64,000 nt of DNA. Origin: Candidatus Latescibacterota bacterium. GTDB lineage: Bacteria; Latescibacterota; UBA2968. The DNA lies in NCBI GenBank assembly GCA_965222605.1, contig OZ244960.1, positions 480,001 to 544,000 on the forward strand. Reading direction: 5' to 3'. Below the pieces are notes generated by a model. The model did not search any database, was not told the origin of the DNA, and saw nothing but the letters and a program-made list of their open reading frames with translations. A program made the translations under genes and the position numbers. Shown here piece after piece: positions 17,651-27,202 of the stretch (the stretch's first letter is position 1; each line of letters starts with the position of its first letter).

Positions 17651-18967
17651 TCACAACATGTGCAATTTTTGCGACAAATTTTCAACAGGTGTAAACACCC
17701 ACTGGTTTCCAACTTTTACCGCATTGAGCAATCCATGAGCCTGTAGATTCAGCAAATCTGTACGTGCGGTCTGATAAACCACATTGTGGCTATTTTGATG
17801 GCCATAGATCGTATATCGATGGCGAGGATGACGAAGTGCGTGACTCAAAAGTGCGCGTTGTCGATAATTGAACGCGGCAGAATTTTTTAGCACCTGATCA
17901 ATGTCTTCGAATAATCGCGTTTTGCGTTTGACATATTCATAAAATACACCCATAGTTTGCTCAATAACGCGCAATTGATACAAAATAAAATAAGTCAAAT
18001 CATTGTCATCCGTCTCAGTGTACAAAAAGGATCGGCTATATCTTACAGGAGCCTTGCGCAAAATTTGGGAAATAGACAAAAACTTAAACAGCCAGTAGTC
18101 ATTGCGTAGCATCGACCAGTAGAACAGTGCGCGTGCAGTGCGCCCATTGCCATCGACAAACGGGTGGTCATATCCCAGCCAGAAATGCAACATAATCGCT
18201 CGAAGCGCCGGATGAATAAACCAATCTGGCGTTTTGCCATTGGCAAAATCACACATCGCCTGCAGGCGCTCGGGCAGTTCTTCGGCAGGCGGCGGACGGT
18301 GCAAAACCTCACCAGTAATAAGATCGGCAACCTGAACAGATTCTTTTGCATACCGAAAACGACCAGTACCCGAAGGATCGTCTAGTGTATCTTCCGTCAC
18401 CATACGGTGCAGATGAAAAATCAGATCTTGAGTTAAAGGCTGATCTTTCAACTCGCCAATTGCATTCATGGTGAGATAATTATTCAAAATCATCTGCTCA
18501 CTGCGATTCTGTGGGGAGCGTCCAGTGCGGAGCATTTCTCTGGCGACCTGACGTGTGGTTGTGGCACCTTCGAGTTGGCTGGATGTAATGGCCTCTTCAA
18601 TCAGTGAATCCACAAAGTAGAGATTGGAGAACTCAGATGCAGTAGCATGTTCTAGCAGACCAGAAAAACCAAGCCTTCCCAAATCGATTTGATGCAAATA
18701 CTCGAGAATGGGATCTATAATCAAAAAACGAAAAGGGATTCCCGAGCAATCAACAAGTGGAATTTCTTTCCACAATTCCTTGCGGTGCAGCTTAAGGCCC
18801 AACCACCACTCGCGATGTGTCAGTCCCCTGGGGGGCGTTCGATATCGCAACTCATCCCAATGCAAGTAGTCAGACAGATCTACTTCCGAAATCAAATGCA
18901 GAAATCGTTCAGGTTGCAAATCGCGCACCAGATCATCAAAAGCCGGTGGTGTTTGAGGTCTTTTCAT
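17651..18967 (-). CDS. Fic family protein with autoinhibitory helix and C-terminal winged HTH
   Basis: HPFVDGNGRTAR catalytic motif; SSQLEG fits (S/T)xxxE(G/N); VVYQTARTDL C-terminal HTH-like segment. Confidence 0.9.
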   Translation of the reverse strand: MKRPQTPPAFDDLVRDLQPERFLHLISEVDLSDYLHWDELRYRTPPRGLTHREWWLGLKLHRKELWKEIPLVDCSGIPFRFLIIDPILEYLHQIDLGRLGFSGLLEHATASEFSNLYFVDSLIEEAITSSQLEGATTTRQVAREMLRTGRSPQNRSEQMILNNYLTMNAIGELKDQPLTQDLIFHLHRMVTEDTLDDPSGTGRFRYAKESVQVADLITGEVLHRPPPAEELPERLQAMCDFANGKTPDWFIHPALRAIMLHFWLGYDHPFVDGNGRTARALFYWSMLRNDYWLFKFLSISQILRKAPVRYSRSFLYTETDDNDLTYFILYQLRVIEQTMGVFYEYVKRKTRLFEDIDQVLKNSAAFNYRQRALLSHALRHPRHRYTIYGHQNSHNVVYQTARTDLLNLQAHGLLNAVKVGNQWVFTPVENLSQKLHML

Positions 18968-19175
18968 AATCTCTGTCCATCCATATATTGAATGCTCATA
19001 CTAATTCTATACTAATATATGTAAAATTAGTATAGAAAACCACCCATACTTGTCCATCAAAATGTGGTTTTTTCATAATCGCTGTCCATCCATATTAAAT
19101 GTTCATACTAATTTCATACTAATATATATAAAATTAGTATAGAAAACCACCCATACTTGTCCATCAAAATATGGT
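18961..19175. repeat. Tandem ~108-bp duplication of the fic upstream region containing a palindrome
   Basis: ttttcataatc..ctgtccatccata...aaaattagtatagaaaaccacccatacttgtccatcaaaat at 18961 and 19070; tctatactaat/attagtataga inverted repeat at 19006-19036. Confidence 0.85.
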
Positions 19176-19235
19176 ATGTTTGGCACAAAACGTCTTATAT
19201 TGCAATATCAAAAATCCAAATAGCTGGAGAGCCGT

Positions 19236-19502
19236 ATGGCTTACAAAACACAATCGCGGGACACAAATCCCAGAGTAGAACGCCTGCTGATCGAAGCGTA
19301 TCGGCGAATGACACCACACGAAAAAGCCGAGAAAATATCCCAACTCTCTCAGGCGTGTACAGACCTTGCAATTGCGGGCATTCGCAGTCGATATCCCGAA
19401 GCAGATGAGCGAGAAATTCGCCTTCGCCTCGGCGCGTTACGGCTACCCCGACGGACCATGATCAAAGCATTTGGCTGGGACCCTCATAAGGAGGGCTATT
19501 GA
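19236..19502 (+). CDS. Small hypothetical protein (DT.P...YRRMTP.EK family; probable antitoxin-like partner)
   Basis: RBS ggag; helical DTNPRVERLLIEAYRRMTPHEK...AGIRSRYP pattern. Confidence 0.55.
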   Translation: MAYKTQSRDTNPRVERLLIEAYRRMTPHEKAEKISQLSQACTDLAIAGIRSRYPEADEREIRLRLGALRLPRRTMIKAFGWDPHKEGY

Positions 19503-20386
19503 TGGGATTACTCGAAGGAAAAGTAGCGATCATCACGGGCGGTGGGAGCGGCATTGGTCGCGCAACCGCTCGCCTCTTTGTTCGGGAAGGCGCGCAAGTC
19601 GTCATCGCAGACATCCAGGACGATAAGGGCCAGTCCGTAGCAGAAGAACTCGGCTCCAATGCCATCTTCCAGCACACCAATGTGAGACGGGAACCCGATA
19701 TCAAAGCGATGATTGGCCTCGCCGTCACACACTTTGGACGCCTGGATTGCCTCTTTAACAACGCCGGATACGGCGGTGTAGCGGGACCCATTGAAGAAAC
19801 ATCTATTCGGGGTTTTGACAAAACCGTAAGCGTTCTCCTGCGCGGCGTATTCATGGGCATCAAACACGCAGCCCCTGTAATGAAAAAGCAGGGATCGGGC
19901 AGCATCATCAGCACGGGATCTGTCGCGGGCCTTCGCACAGGCTATGGGCCACATGTGTACAGCGCGTGTAAGGCAGCCGTCATACACCTCACCCGCACAA
20001 CGGCAATGGAATTGGGACCTCACAACATACGCGTCAACTGTATATGCCCCGGTGGCATTGCCACCCCCATATTTGCCCCGGTACTGGACCTCGCGCCCGA
20101 AGAATCTGACAAAGCATATCAACTCATAACCGAAAAACTCGCTGGCGGACAGCCTATCTATCGCGCGGGACAACCCGAAGACATCGCACACGCCGCCCTC
20201 TATCTCGCCAGTGATCACGCCTCATTTGTCAACGGTCACGCCCTCGTCGTCGATGGCGGTCTCATCGGCGGCCAAAAATGGGACAGATCCTGGATCGCCC
20301 GAGAGGGGCTTACGTCTGATGAGGATATACGCGAAAAAGGAGGTAAGAAGGAGTCAACTACCACCGCCAGAGGCGGTGGCTTGTAG
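19502..20386 (+). CDS. Short-chain dehydrogenase/reductase; C-terminus replaced by IS right-end sequence
   Basis: TGGGSGIG, NNAG, YSACK, VNCICPG, VDGG; last codons (STTTARGGGL) derive from the IS end. Confidence 0.92.
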   Translation: MGLLEGKVAIITGGGSGIGRATARLFVREGAQVVIADIQDDKGQSVAEELGSNAIFQHTNVRREPDIKAMIGLAVTHFGRLDCLFNNAGYGGVAGPIEETSIRGFDKTVSVLLRGVFMGIKHAAPVMKKQGSGSIISTGSVAGLRTGYGPHVYSACKAAVIHLTRTTAMELGPHNIRVNCICPGGIATPIFAPVLDLAPEESDKAYQLITEKLAGGQPIYRAGQPEDIAHAALYLASDHASFVNGHALVVDGGLIGGQKWDRSWIAREGLTSDEDIREKGGKKESTTTARGGGL

Positions 20387-20500
20387 CTGTCACGCATAGA
20401 AAGGGCGATTCGCTACATTAGGCTTGTTGACACAAAGCCCTTGCTCGGATGTTCCGAGCAGCGTTGCGGTCAGCATGGTCTTTATGACCACACTGTTTGC
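20353..20500 (-). ncRNA. Putative TnpB omegaRNA/reRNA scaffold (5' boundary approximate)
   Basis: TnpB guide scaffolds are known to overlap the tnpB 3' end and IS right end; ccaccgcc/ggcggtgg hairpin seen. Confidence 0.55.
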
Positions 20501-21509
20501 AAAGAAAGGATGCCTGGCTATTCCTATTGCCTTTCTCACAATGTCCACACTCGGCACAAGTTTGGCTGGTGTATTTCGGATCTACAGGGATCACGGGAAT
20601 GCCAGCACGCCTGGCCTTGTATTCGATAAAGGTGCGAAGTTGGAAGAAAGACCAACCAGACATCTTTGCACGTTGAGGCTTGCGAAACCGGTTCTGGCTC
20701 TTGCGTATGCCTTCGAGGTCTTCAAGAGCAATCGCTTTGCCAGTGTCTTTAGCCTTCTCAACAATGCGCTTAGAGATGATATGGTTGGTATTCCTGCGAA
20801 ATCGGCTCTCCCTGCCGGAGATGGTAGAGAGTTTTCTGCGAACATTCTTGGGTCTCTTGCCCTGCTTGACCATATCGGACGCCTTCTGCTGGAACGACTT
20901 CTTCAGTTTGTGCATCTTTTGGCGGACATTTTCAACTGTGTCGCCGGAAAAAGTCTCGCCGTCGTCGGTGACAGCGATGTTCGTCACGCCGAGATCAACA
21001 CCGATAAAATCAGTGGCAGGTATTAGCGTGCCATCTGGAACATCGACAGAGACAAGCAAGAACCACTTGCCGTCTTTGCGCAACACAAGGTCTGCTTGTC
21101 CTTTGGCATAGCCGAACTGCTCACGCTGGTAATTACCCATAAGCATCGGCACAAGCACGCGCCCTTCAAGCGTGAGTAGAGATACCCGGTCTATGCCCTT
21201 GAAGCTATACAGGCGTTGATCGTAAGGCATAGCAGCATGGCGACGAAACGACGGTTGCACTTCTTTGTCGCGCTTATATGCCTCTACAACCTGAGCAATA
21301 CAGCGACACGCCATCTGGGACGAAAGGCTAAATCGCGCACGCAACTCGTAGTAATACAGCTTGTGTAACGCAATGCCGTTTGCCAGCTTGCGCTCATAAG
21401 CCTTCGGTGCAAGCCAATTGGCAGCTTCGTTGAACCGCTCAACAGTAGCTTTTAACTTCTGTGCTGTGTCCGTATCCGGTAGCAGTTGTATTTGTAGAGT
21501 AAGTATCAT
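20418..21509 (-). CDS. tnpB: RNA-guided endonuclease TnpB
   Basis: RuvC motifs GVDLG, ALEDL, ADRNAARNI all intact; zinc ribbon CAECG...CKQCG; WSFFQL, YTSQTC. Confidence 0.95.
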   Translation of the reverse strand: MILTLQIQLLPDTDTAQKLKATVERFNEAANWLAPKAYERKLANGIALHKLYYYELRARFSLSSQMACRCIAQVVEAYKRDKEVQPSFRRHAAMPYDQRLYSFKGIDRVSLLTLEGRVLVPMLMGNYQREQFGYAKGQADLVLRKDGKWFLLVSVDVPDGTLIPATDFIGVDLGVTNIAVTDDGETFSGDTVENVRQKMHKLKKSFQQKASDMVKQGKRPKNVRRKLSTISGRESRFRRNTNHIISKRIVEKAKDTGKAIALEDLEGIRKSQNRFRKPQRAKMSGWSFFQLRTFIEYKARRAGIPVIPVDPKYTSQTCAECGHCEKGNRNSQASFLCKQCGHKDHADRNAARNIRARALCQQA

Positions 21510-21611
21510 ACTGATGAATATAATCAGTATGAAATGTTTGTCAACATCAACTTTTACGGCAAAGCCCATTTTCTCTGACCACGCCCAAAGGACGTGGTTT
21601 CTGGAGGAAAA

Positions 21612-22592
21612 ATGAACCGCATCTTAATCTCATTAATCCTCATGCTCTTCATCGCTTGTGGTAGTGAACAATCCGATCCAGAAAAAACAACCATTGCCGT
21701 CATACCCAAAGGCACAACCCACGAGTTCTGGAAATCGATCCACGCAGGCGCAGTCAAAGCACAACGCGAGTTAGACATAGAAATAATATGGAAAGGCCCG
21801 CTCAAAGAAGACGACCGCGAAGACCAGATCGCACTGATCGAAAACTTCATCTCTCGCGGCGTTTCGGGCATTGTGCTCGCACCCCTTGACGACACCGCCC
21901 TTCGCGTACCCGTCGCCAATGCCGTACGCAGCGGCATTCCAGTCGTCATTATCGACTCGGGCCTTCAAAGCGATGACTTTGTCTCCTTTGTCGCTACCGA
22001 CAATTATCGCGGAGGACGCCTCGCAGGTGCCGACATGGCCCAACGCCTGAACCAAAAGGGCAAAGTTATCATGCTGCGTTATCAGGAAGGCTCGGCCAGC
22101 ACAATGAAACGCGAACAGGGATTCCTCGACGCAATAGGCGAGCATTCAGACATCATAATCACCTCATCAAATCAACACGGGGGTGCCACTACTGAAAGCG
22201 CGTATCAAACCAGCGAAAACTTGCTCGCCCCTTTGAAGGATACAAACGGCAAACTCACCATCCAGGGCATCTTCTGCCCCAACGAATCCACCTCGTTTGG
22301 CATGCTGCGCGCCCTGCAAGACGCGGGCCTCGCCGGCAGTGTCATATTCATCGGCTTTGACAGCTCGAAAAAACTCGTCGAAGCCCTCGAAAACGACCAG
22401 ATCCACGGGCTTGTACTGCAAAACCCCTTTAGAATGGGCTACCTCGGCGTCAAAACCATGGTCGCGCATCTCAAAAATCAACCCGTTGAGAAGCGTATCG
22501 ACACCGGTGTTGCCCTCGTCACCAAAGACAACATGAACGATTCAGACATCAAAGATGTATTGACGCCTGATCTGGATAAATGGCTTAAGTAA
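21612..22592 (+). CDS. Sugar ABC transporter substrate-binding lipoprotein (RbsB-like)
   Basis: FIAC lipobox, IAVIPKGTTHEFW, VVIIDS, ATDNY, GFD, QNPFRMGY. Confidence 0.9.
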   Translation: MNRILISLILMLFIACGSEQSDPEKTTIAVIPKGTTHEFWKSIHAGAVKAQRELDIEIIWKGPLKEDDREDQIALIENFISRGVSGIVLAPLDDTALRVPVANAVRSGIPVVIIDSGLQSDDFVSFVATDNYRGGRLAGADMAQRLNQKGKVIMLRYQEGSASTMKREQGFLDAIGEHSDIIITSSNQHGGATTESAYQTSENLLAPLKDTNGKLTIQGIFCPNESTSFGMLRALQDAGLAGSVIFIGFDSSKKLVEALENDQIHGLVLQNPFRMGYLGVKTMVAHLKNQPVEKRIDTGVALVTKDNMNDSDIKDVLTPDLDKWLK

Positions 22593-22603
22593 ATGGAGCA
22601 AAA

Positions 22604-24079
22604 ATGGTGAAGAGACTTTGCCAAATTGCAATAATTATCATCTCCATCCCTTCAGTCGCACTATCGCAGAACTTACCCAACCTGACTGCGCTGAGCGAAA
22701 CGATTAAGCCAGAGGTATCGTCAATTCGGTCGCTCAACTTTGTTCAGCCATTCACAATACGCTATCAGACAAATGCGGAAATCACCGCCTTCATAAACAG
22801 CGAGTTCGATCAGTCTGTACCGCTAATAATTCGCCAAAACTACGATCTGTTTATCCGTGCCATCGGGTTACATCACGGGGGCATGCCCTTCGACTTCGAT
22901 GCCATGAAAAGGACCTTGCAGGAACAGGTTGGGGCCTATTACGATTCCGCAACCCGTTCTGTCAACTTCCCCATAGGACCAATTTCCATACAAAGTCTCC
23001 AGAGAATCATAGCCCATGAACTTATGCATGTGCTACAGGATCAGCACTTTGGACTCGACAACTTGCTCAACAGCGCAACGAATAGCGATGAATTATTAGC
23101 ACATCAAGCTCTCGCCGAAGGGGAGGCGACGCTGGTGCAATTCCTCTGGTTTTTCGACCGCACTGGACAAGCGATGTCAGATGCTCAACTACAGCTATTC
23201 ATAAACAATATTGTCAACACTGCCGGCAATGAGACGGACGAAATTCCCGATTTTCTATTTGAACAACAAATTGGAATCTACCTTCGCGGAATGGCCTTTG
23301 TATTTGCCCTGAAAAAACGCGGGGGTTGGGCAACAGTAAATCGCGCGTACACCAATCTGCCGATGTCGATGGAACACATTCTCCATCCAGACAAATATTT
23401 CGCGGGAGAATCCCTCGAGGAGATCGCACTTCCAGATTTGACAAATGAACCCTTCGCAGGAGACTGGGAATTACTGGATAAGGATACATTGGGCGAATTA
23501 GGTCTCAGAATTATCTTCAATACCTTTGATGTCAATACCGCATCACACTCAGCGGCCGCAGGCTGGCATGGCGACCAGTATGCCGTCTTCAAACACCGCC
23601 AGGATAACACACCCGCTCTCGTCCTGTTCACGACCTGGGATACGGAACGGGATGCGACAGAGTTCAAGACCGCCTACGAAGACGTACTCGCAATTAAACA
23701 CCGTGGATCTATAGACTTCAGGATTGAGCAGCGAGGGACAGATGTGTTAATTGCTGAATCGTCTCGAGATCTCGATCTGTTATTTGCGTACCTGAAAAAA
23801 GTTCGATTCACCCCCACAGTCGCGCTCGGAGTCTTCGATTTTGACGGCGACTTCGTGATCGGCTTCACAGACTTTCTCCTGTTCGCCGCACACTTTGGCA
23901 AGAGCAGTTCAGACCCGGATTTTGACCCGCGGTTCGACATCGATGCAGATGGTATGGTTGGTTTCTCGGACTTCCTCGCATTCGCGTCTGCTTTTGGGAA
24001 ACAAATTACGCGCAACTCAAAACCCGCTGTCGTGATTGATCCGCACATTATCCACCGCACATTGGGATTTGTCCGATAA
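22604..24079 (+). CDS. Secreted zincin-like protein with C-terminal dockerin/EF-hand-like repeat pair
   Basis: Signal peptide; HELMHVLQDQHF...ALAEGEA; AAAGWHGD; DFDGDFVIGFTDFLLF and DIDADGMVGFSDFLAF. Confidence 0.75.
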   Translation: MVKRLCQIAIIIISIPSVALSQNLPNLTALSETIKPEVSSIRSLNFVQPFTIRYQTNAEITAFINSEFDQSVPLIIRQNYDLFIRAIGLHHGGMPFDFDAMKRTLQEQVGAYYDSATRSVNFPIGPISIQSLQRIIAHELMHVLQDQHFGLDNLLNSATNSDELLAHQALAEGEATLVQFLWFFDRTGQAMSDAQLQLFINNIVNTAGNETDEIPDFLFEQQIGIYLRGMAFVFALKKRGGWATVNRAYTNLPMSMEHILHPDKYFAGESLEEIALPDLTNEPFAGDWELLDKDTLGELGLRIIFNTFDVNTASHSAAAGWHGDQYAVFKHRQDNTPALVLFTTWDTERDATEFKTAYEDVLAIKHRGSIDFRIEQRGTDVLIAESSRDLDLLFAYLKKVRFTPTVALGVFDFDGDFVIGFTDFLLFAAHFGKSSSDPDFDPRFDIDADGMVGFSDFLAFASAFGKQITRNSKPAVVIDPHIIHRTLGFVR

Positions 24080-24109
24080 AGCGGCCAAGCCCCGCGCACA
24101 ACGTCCTCT

Positions 24110-25599
24110 ATGTCTTCTGTTTCCAAACATCCGCGCTTTGCCATGCGCGGCATCCGCAAAACCTTTGGCGCGACCATCGCGCTCGACAACGTCGATTTTG
24201 CCGTTTCAGCCAGCGAAATCCACGCCCTCATCGGTGAAAATGGCGCGGGCAAAAGCACCCTGATGAAAGTGCTATCGGGAGCTTTGCAACCCGATGATGG
24301 AGAAATGACTATTGACGGATCGCCCTTTGCACCAGTCAATCCTCTCCAGGCGCGACAGCAGGGCGTAGCCATGATCTATCAAGAACTCTCCCTCGCGCCC
24401 CATCTAACCGTTGCGGAAAACGTCCTCCTCGGAATGGAAATCACGCGACGCGGGCTATTGCAAAAATCAGACATGCACGCCCTTGTTCAAAACGCGCTAA
24501 CAGAACTCGACCATGCCGATATCGATCCCACGCGCGCGTGAGCACCCTCACCATTGCCGAAAGACAAATCGTAGAAATCGCACGCGCACTATCTGTTCAA
24601 TGCCGCGTCCTCGTCCTCGACGAACCCACCAGCAGCCTCACGCGCGCAGATGCCCACCGCTTGTTTCGCGTGATGCAACGCCTGAAAGCGCGTAATTTGG
24701 CAATCGTCTATATCTCGCACTTCCTTGAAGAAATCAAAGAAATCGCCGATCAATTCACAGTTTTGCGAGATGGGAAAAGCGCTGGTAGCGGCCTGGTCGC
24801 TCGCACCCCCATACCCGACATCGTTCATCTCATGGTCGGCAGGCAAATCGACGACTTTTTTCCTCGCTCTAATCGCACGCCGGGCGAACCACTCCTCGAC
24901 CTCACAAACGGCGACCCTCTCCCTCACAGCGCGTCCCTCATCTTGCATCGGGGAGAAGTATTTGGCATTGGTGGACTCATCGGCGCGGGTCGCACGGAAC
25001 TGTTACGCGCCCTCTTTGGCCTTGCGCCCATCCGCAAAGGCAATATCACCTTCGCGCACAACACTGTCCCCGCAACACCTGCGCAGCGTCTCGCTCAGGG
25101 AATGGGATTGCTCAGCGAAGATCGCAAAGACGAAGGTCTCGCCCAATCCATGAGTCTCGCCGATAACCTCACCCTATCGCGCTTGCCCAGAGGGATCATC
25201 TTTCCAAAAAAACTGCACGCCATTGCTCGCCAGTGGATATCTCGACTCAACATTCGCACATCGGGACCTGCACAATCCATTGCAGACCTCTCCGGCGGCA
25301 ACCAGCAAAAAGTCGCGCTCGCCCGCCTTCTCCACCACGACGTAGATTGCCTGCTTTTGGACGAACCCACGCGCGGCATTGACATTGCCAGCAAAGCCGA
25401 CATCTACCACCTGATTGACCAACTCGCAACACAGGGCAAAGCCATTCTCCTCGTAAGCAGTTACCTGCCCGAACTCCTCGGGATATGCGACCGCATCGCC
25501 GTCATGTATCGCGGTCGCCTCGGCCCTGCGCGTCCCGTTGACAAGTGCAGCAAACACAGCCTCATGCTCGAAGCAACCGGGCAGGAGGTTACTGCGTGA
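24110..25599 (+). pseudogene. Sugar ABC ATP-binding protein (RbsA-like), split by a 1-nt frameshift near 24530-24541
   Basis: 24110-24541 carries GENGAGKS; 24538-25599 continues STLTIAERQIVEIARAL, LDEPT, LSGGNQQK. Confidence 0.8.
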
Positions 25600-26537
25600 A
25601 CCATCTATCGCGCTTTGCTCCCTTGCTCGGCCTATTCGCAGTTTACGGCCTATTTGCCATACTCGGTCCCGACAGCTTTAGCAGCGGGCGCAACCTCGAA
25701 ACCATCGCGCGTCAAACAGCGATTGTCGGCACAGCAGCACTCGGCATGACCCTCGTCATCATCGCCGGGGGCATCGACCTCTCCGTCGGCTCCATCATAG
25801 CCCTGACCACCGTCGCCATCGCCGCATCGCTCCAGGCTGGCCTATCTCCCCTGTTCGCTGCACTCATCGGCATCCTCACAGGTGCGCTGTGCGGCTTTGT
25901 CAACGGCCTGATCATCACCCGTTTTCGCGTCGTGCCTTTTATTGTCACACTCGGCACGCTCTTACTCGTTCGCGGTATTGCCAAAGGACTGGCTGGCGAA
26001 CAGAAAATCGACGCCCCCCTCACCTATCTCATCGACCTGCTCGCAGCTCTCCCGCGCGGCGCGTGGTGGATATGCCCGCCCGGCGTGTGGCTCCTCCTTA
26101 TCCTCGCCCTGCTCACCGGCGGATTTCTCGCCTATACCCGCCCGGGCAAACACATCGTCGCCATCGGATCCAACGAAAACACGGCTCGCCTGTGTGGTAT
26201 CCGCGTCGAAGCCACCAAATTACTCGTCTATACCCTCGCAGGAACATCCGCAGGCATTGCCGGGCTCCTCCAATTTTCGCGCCTCACCGTGGGCGATCCC
26301 ACGGTCGCTGTTGGCCTCGAACTCGACGTCATCGCAGCCGTTGTCATCGGCGGGGGCAGCCTATCGGGCGGCGAAGGCTCAGTACTCGGCAGCGTGGTCG
26401 GGGCACTGATCATGACCGTCATCCGCTCTGGCTGTTCACAAATGGGCTTGCCAAATTGGGTACAAGAAATCGTCACCGGCATTATTATAGTCATCGCCGT
26501 AGCAGTCGATAGATTGAGACATCGGGAAAGATATTAA
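25596..26537 (+). CDS. Sugar ABC transporter permease (RbsC-like)
   Basis: GGIDLSVGS, PFIVTLG, ELDVIAAVVIGG; GTGA overlap with the ATPase. Confidence 0.92.
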   Translation: MNHLSRFAPLLGLFAVYGLFAILGPDSFSSGRNLETIARQTAIVGTAALGMTLVIIAGGIDLSVGSIIALTTVAIAASLQAGLSPLFAALIGILTGALCGFVNGLIITRFRVVPFIVTLGTLLLVRGIAKGLAGEQKIDAPLTYLIDLLAALPRGAWWICPPGVWLLLILALLTGGFLAYTRPGKHIVAIGSNENTARLCGIRVEATKLLVYTLAGTSAGIAGLLQFSRLTVGDPTVAVGLELDVIAAVVIGGGSLSGGEGSVLGSVVGALIMTVIRSGCSQMGLPNWVQEIVTGIIIVIAVAVDRLRHRERY

Positions 26538-26668
26538 ATACCCACCACATCTCTGTTTTTTGCAACTTATTTGTTATACCTGAGTTAGAAAAAAACATAT
26601 CTTACATCTGCACGTTGCAGACCCGAGCCAACAACATGGCTCATTCACCCATTCTAAGGAGTAACCCC

Positions 26669-27103
26669 ATGCAAACTCGACGTAGCCTCTCCCTCATCGC
26701 CCTTGCCTTTTTGCTGACCACAGCCCCCGCCTTTGCAGGCACAGTCGAAGTGGAAGGCGAAGGCACGCCCGCTCTGTACGTGGTCAAAGTACACGCGGAC
26801 TGGTGCAGTTCCTGCAAGGCACTGGTGCCCATTCTCGACGAAGTCCGAGAAACCATGTCTGCCGAGCCTGTTCTCTTTCTCACATTGGACGTAACCGACG
26901 CAGACCGCACCGGCCAGGCTCGTCTGCTGGCTGCAGCCCTCGGCATAGAGCAACACCTCAAAGCCAACAACAAGACCGGGCTGGTCCTGATCATTAACCC
27001 CGCCGACAAGGCTCTGCTGGAAACACTGACTAAGGAAAACTCCGCCGATGAAATGGTCGGCAAAATCGAGGAACATGTTGCAACTGCGGAAATGGGCGAA
27101 TAA
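26669..27103 (+). CDS. Exported thioredoxin-fold protein
   Basis: Signal peptide ending AFA; HADWCSSC motif; RBS aaggag. Confidence 0.8.
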   Translation: MQTRRSLSLIALAFLLTTAPAFAGTVEVEGEGTPALYVVKVHADWCSSCKALVPILDEVRETMSAEPVLFLTLDVTDADRTGQARLLAAALGIEQHLKANNKTGLVLIINPADKALLETLTKENSADEMVGKIEEHVATAEMGE

Positions 27104-27121
27104 ACCCGTAAATTGAGTTGT

Positions 27122-27157
27122 GGTGCATCGCCTTCCACAAACTCTGGGCGATGCACC
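27122..27157. terminator. Stem-loop after the thioredoxin gene (terminator or REP-like)
   Basis: ggtgcatcgcc / ggcgatgcacc perfect 11-bp stem; no clear U tract on the plus strand. Confidence 0.45.
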
Positions 27158-27202
27158 TGAAAAATCAACTATATCAAAACTGCTAATTATCGGAATCAAA
27201 AC

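Larger units (their letters stand above)
20353..21545 (-). mobile_element. Non-autonomous IS200/IS605 (IS1341-group) element, tnpB only
   Basis: Right end (minus strand) ACAAGCCACCGCCTCTGGCGGTGGTAGTTGAC hairpin; left-end hairpin catactgat/atcagtatg at 21507-21531; TTGAT immediately outside the left end; no tnpA. Confidence 0.82.

Noticed and set aside
20333-20352. Predicted TnpB guide contains an anti-SD-like CCUCC, suggesting a domesticated regulator
   Set aside because: The guide is simply the insertion flank, the RuvC residues are intact, and no second target was seen in the window
20353-20385. GTCAACTACC resembles the 5' end of IscB omegaRNA
   Set aside because: The adjacent ORF is on the opposite strand and is TnpB (no PLMP or HNH); the motif is the tnpB right end
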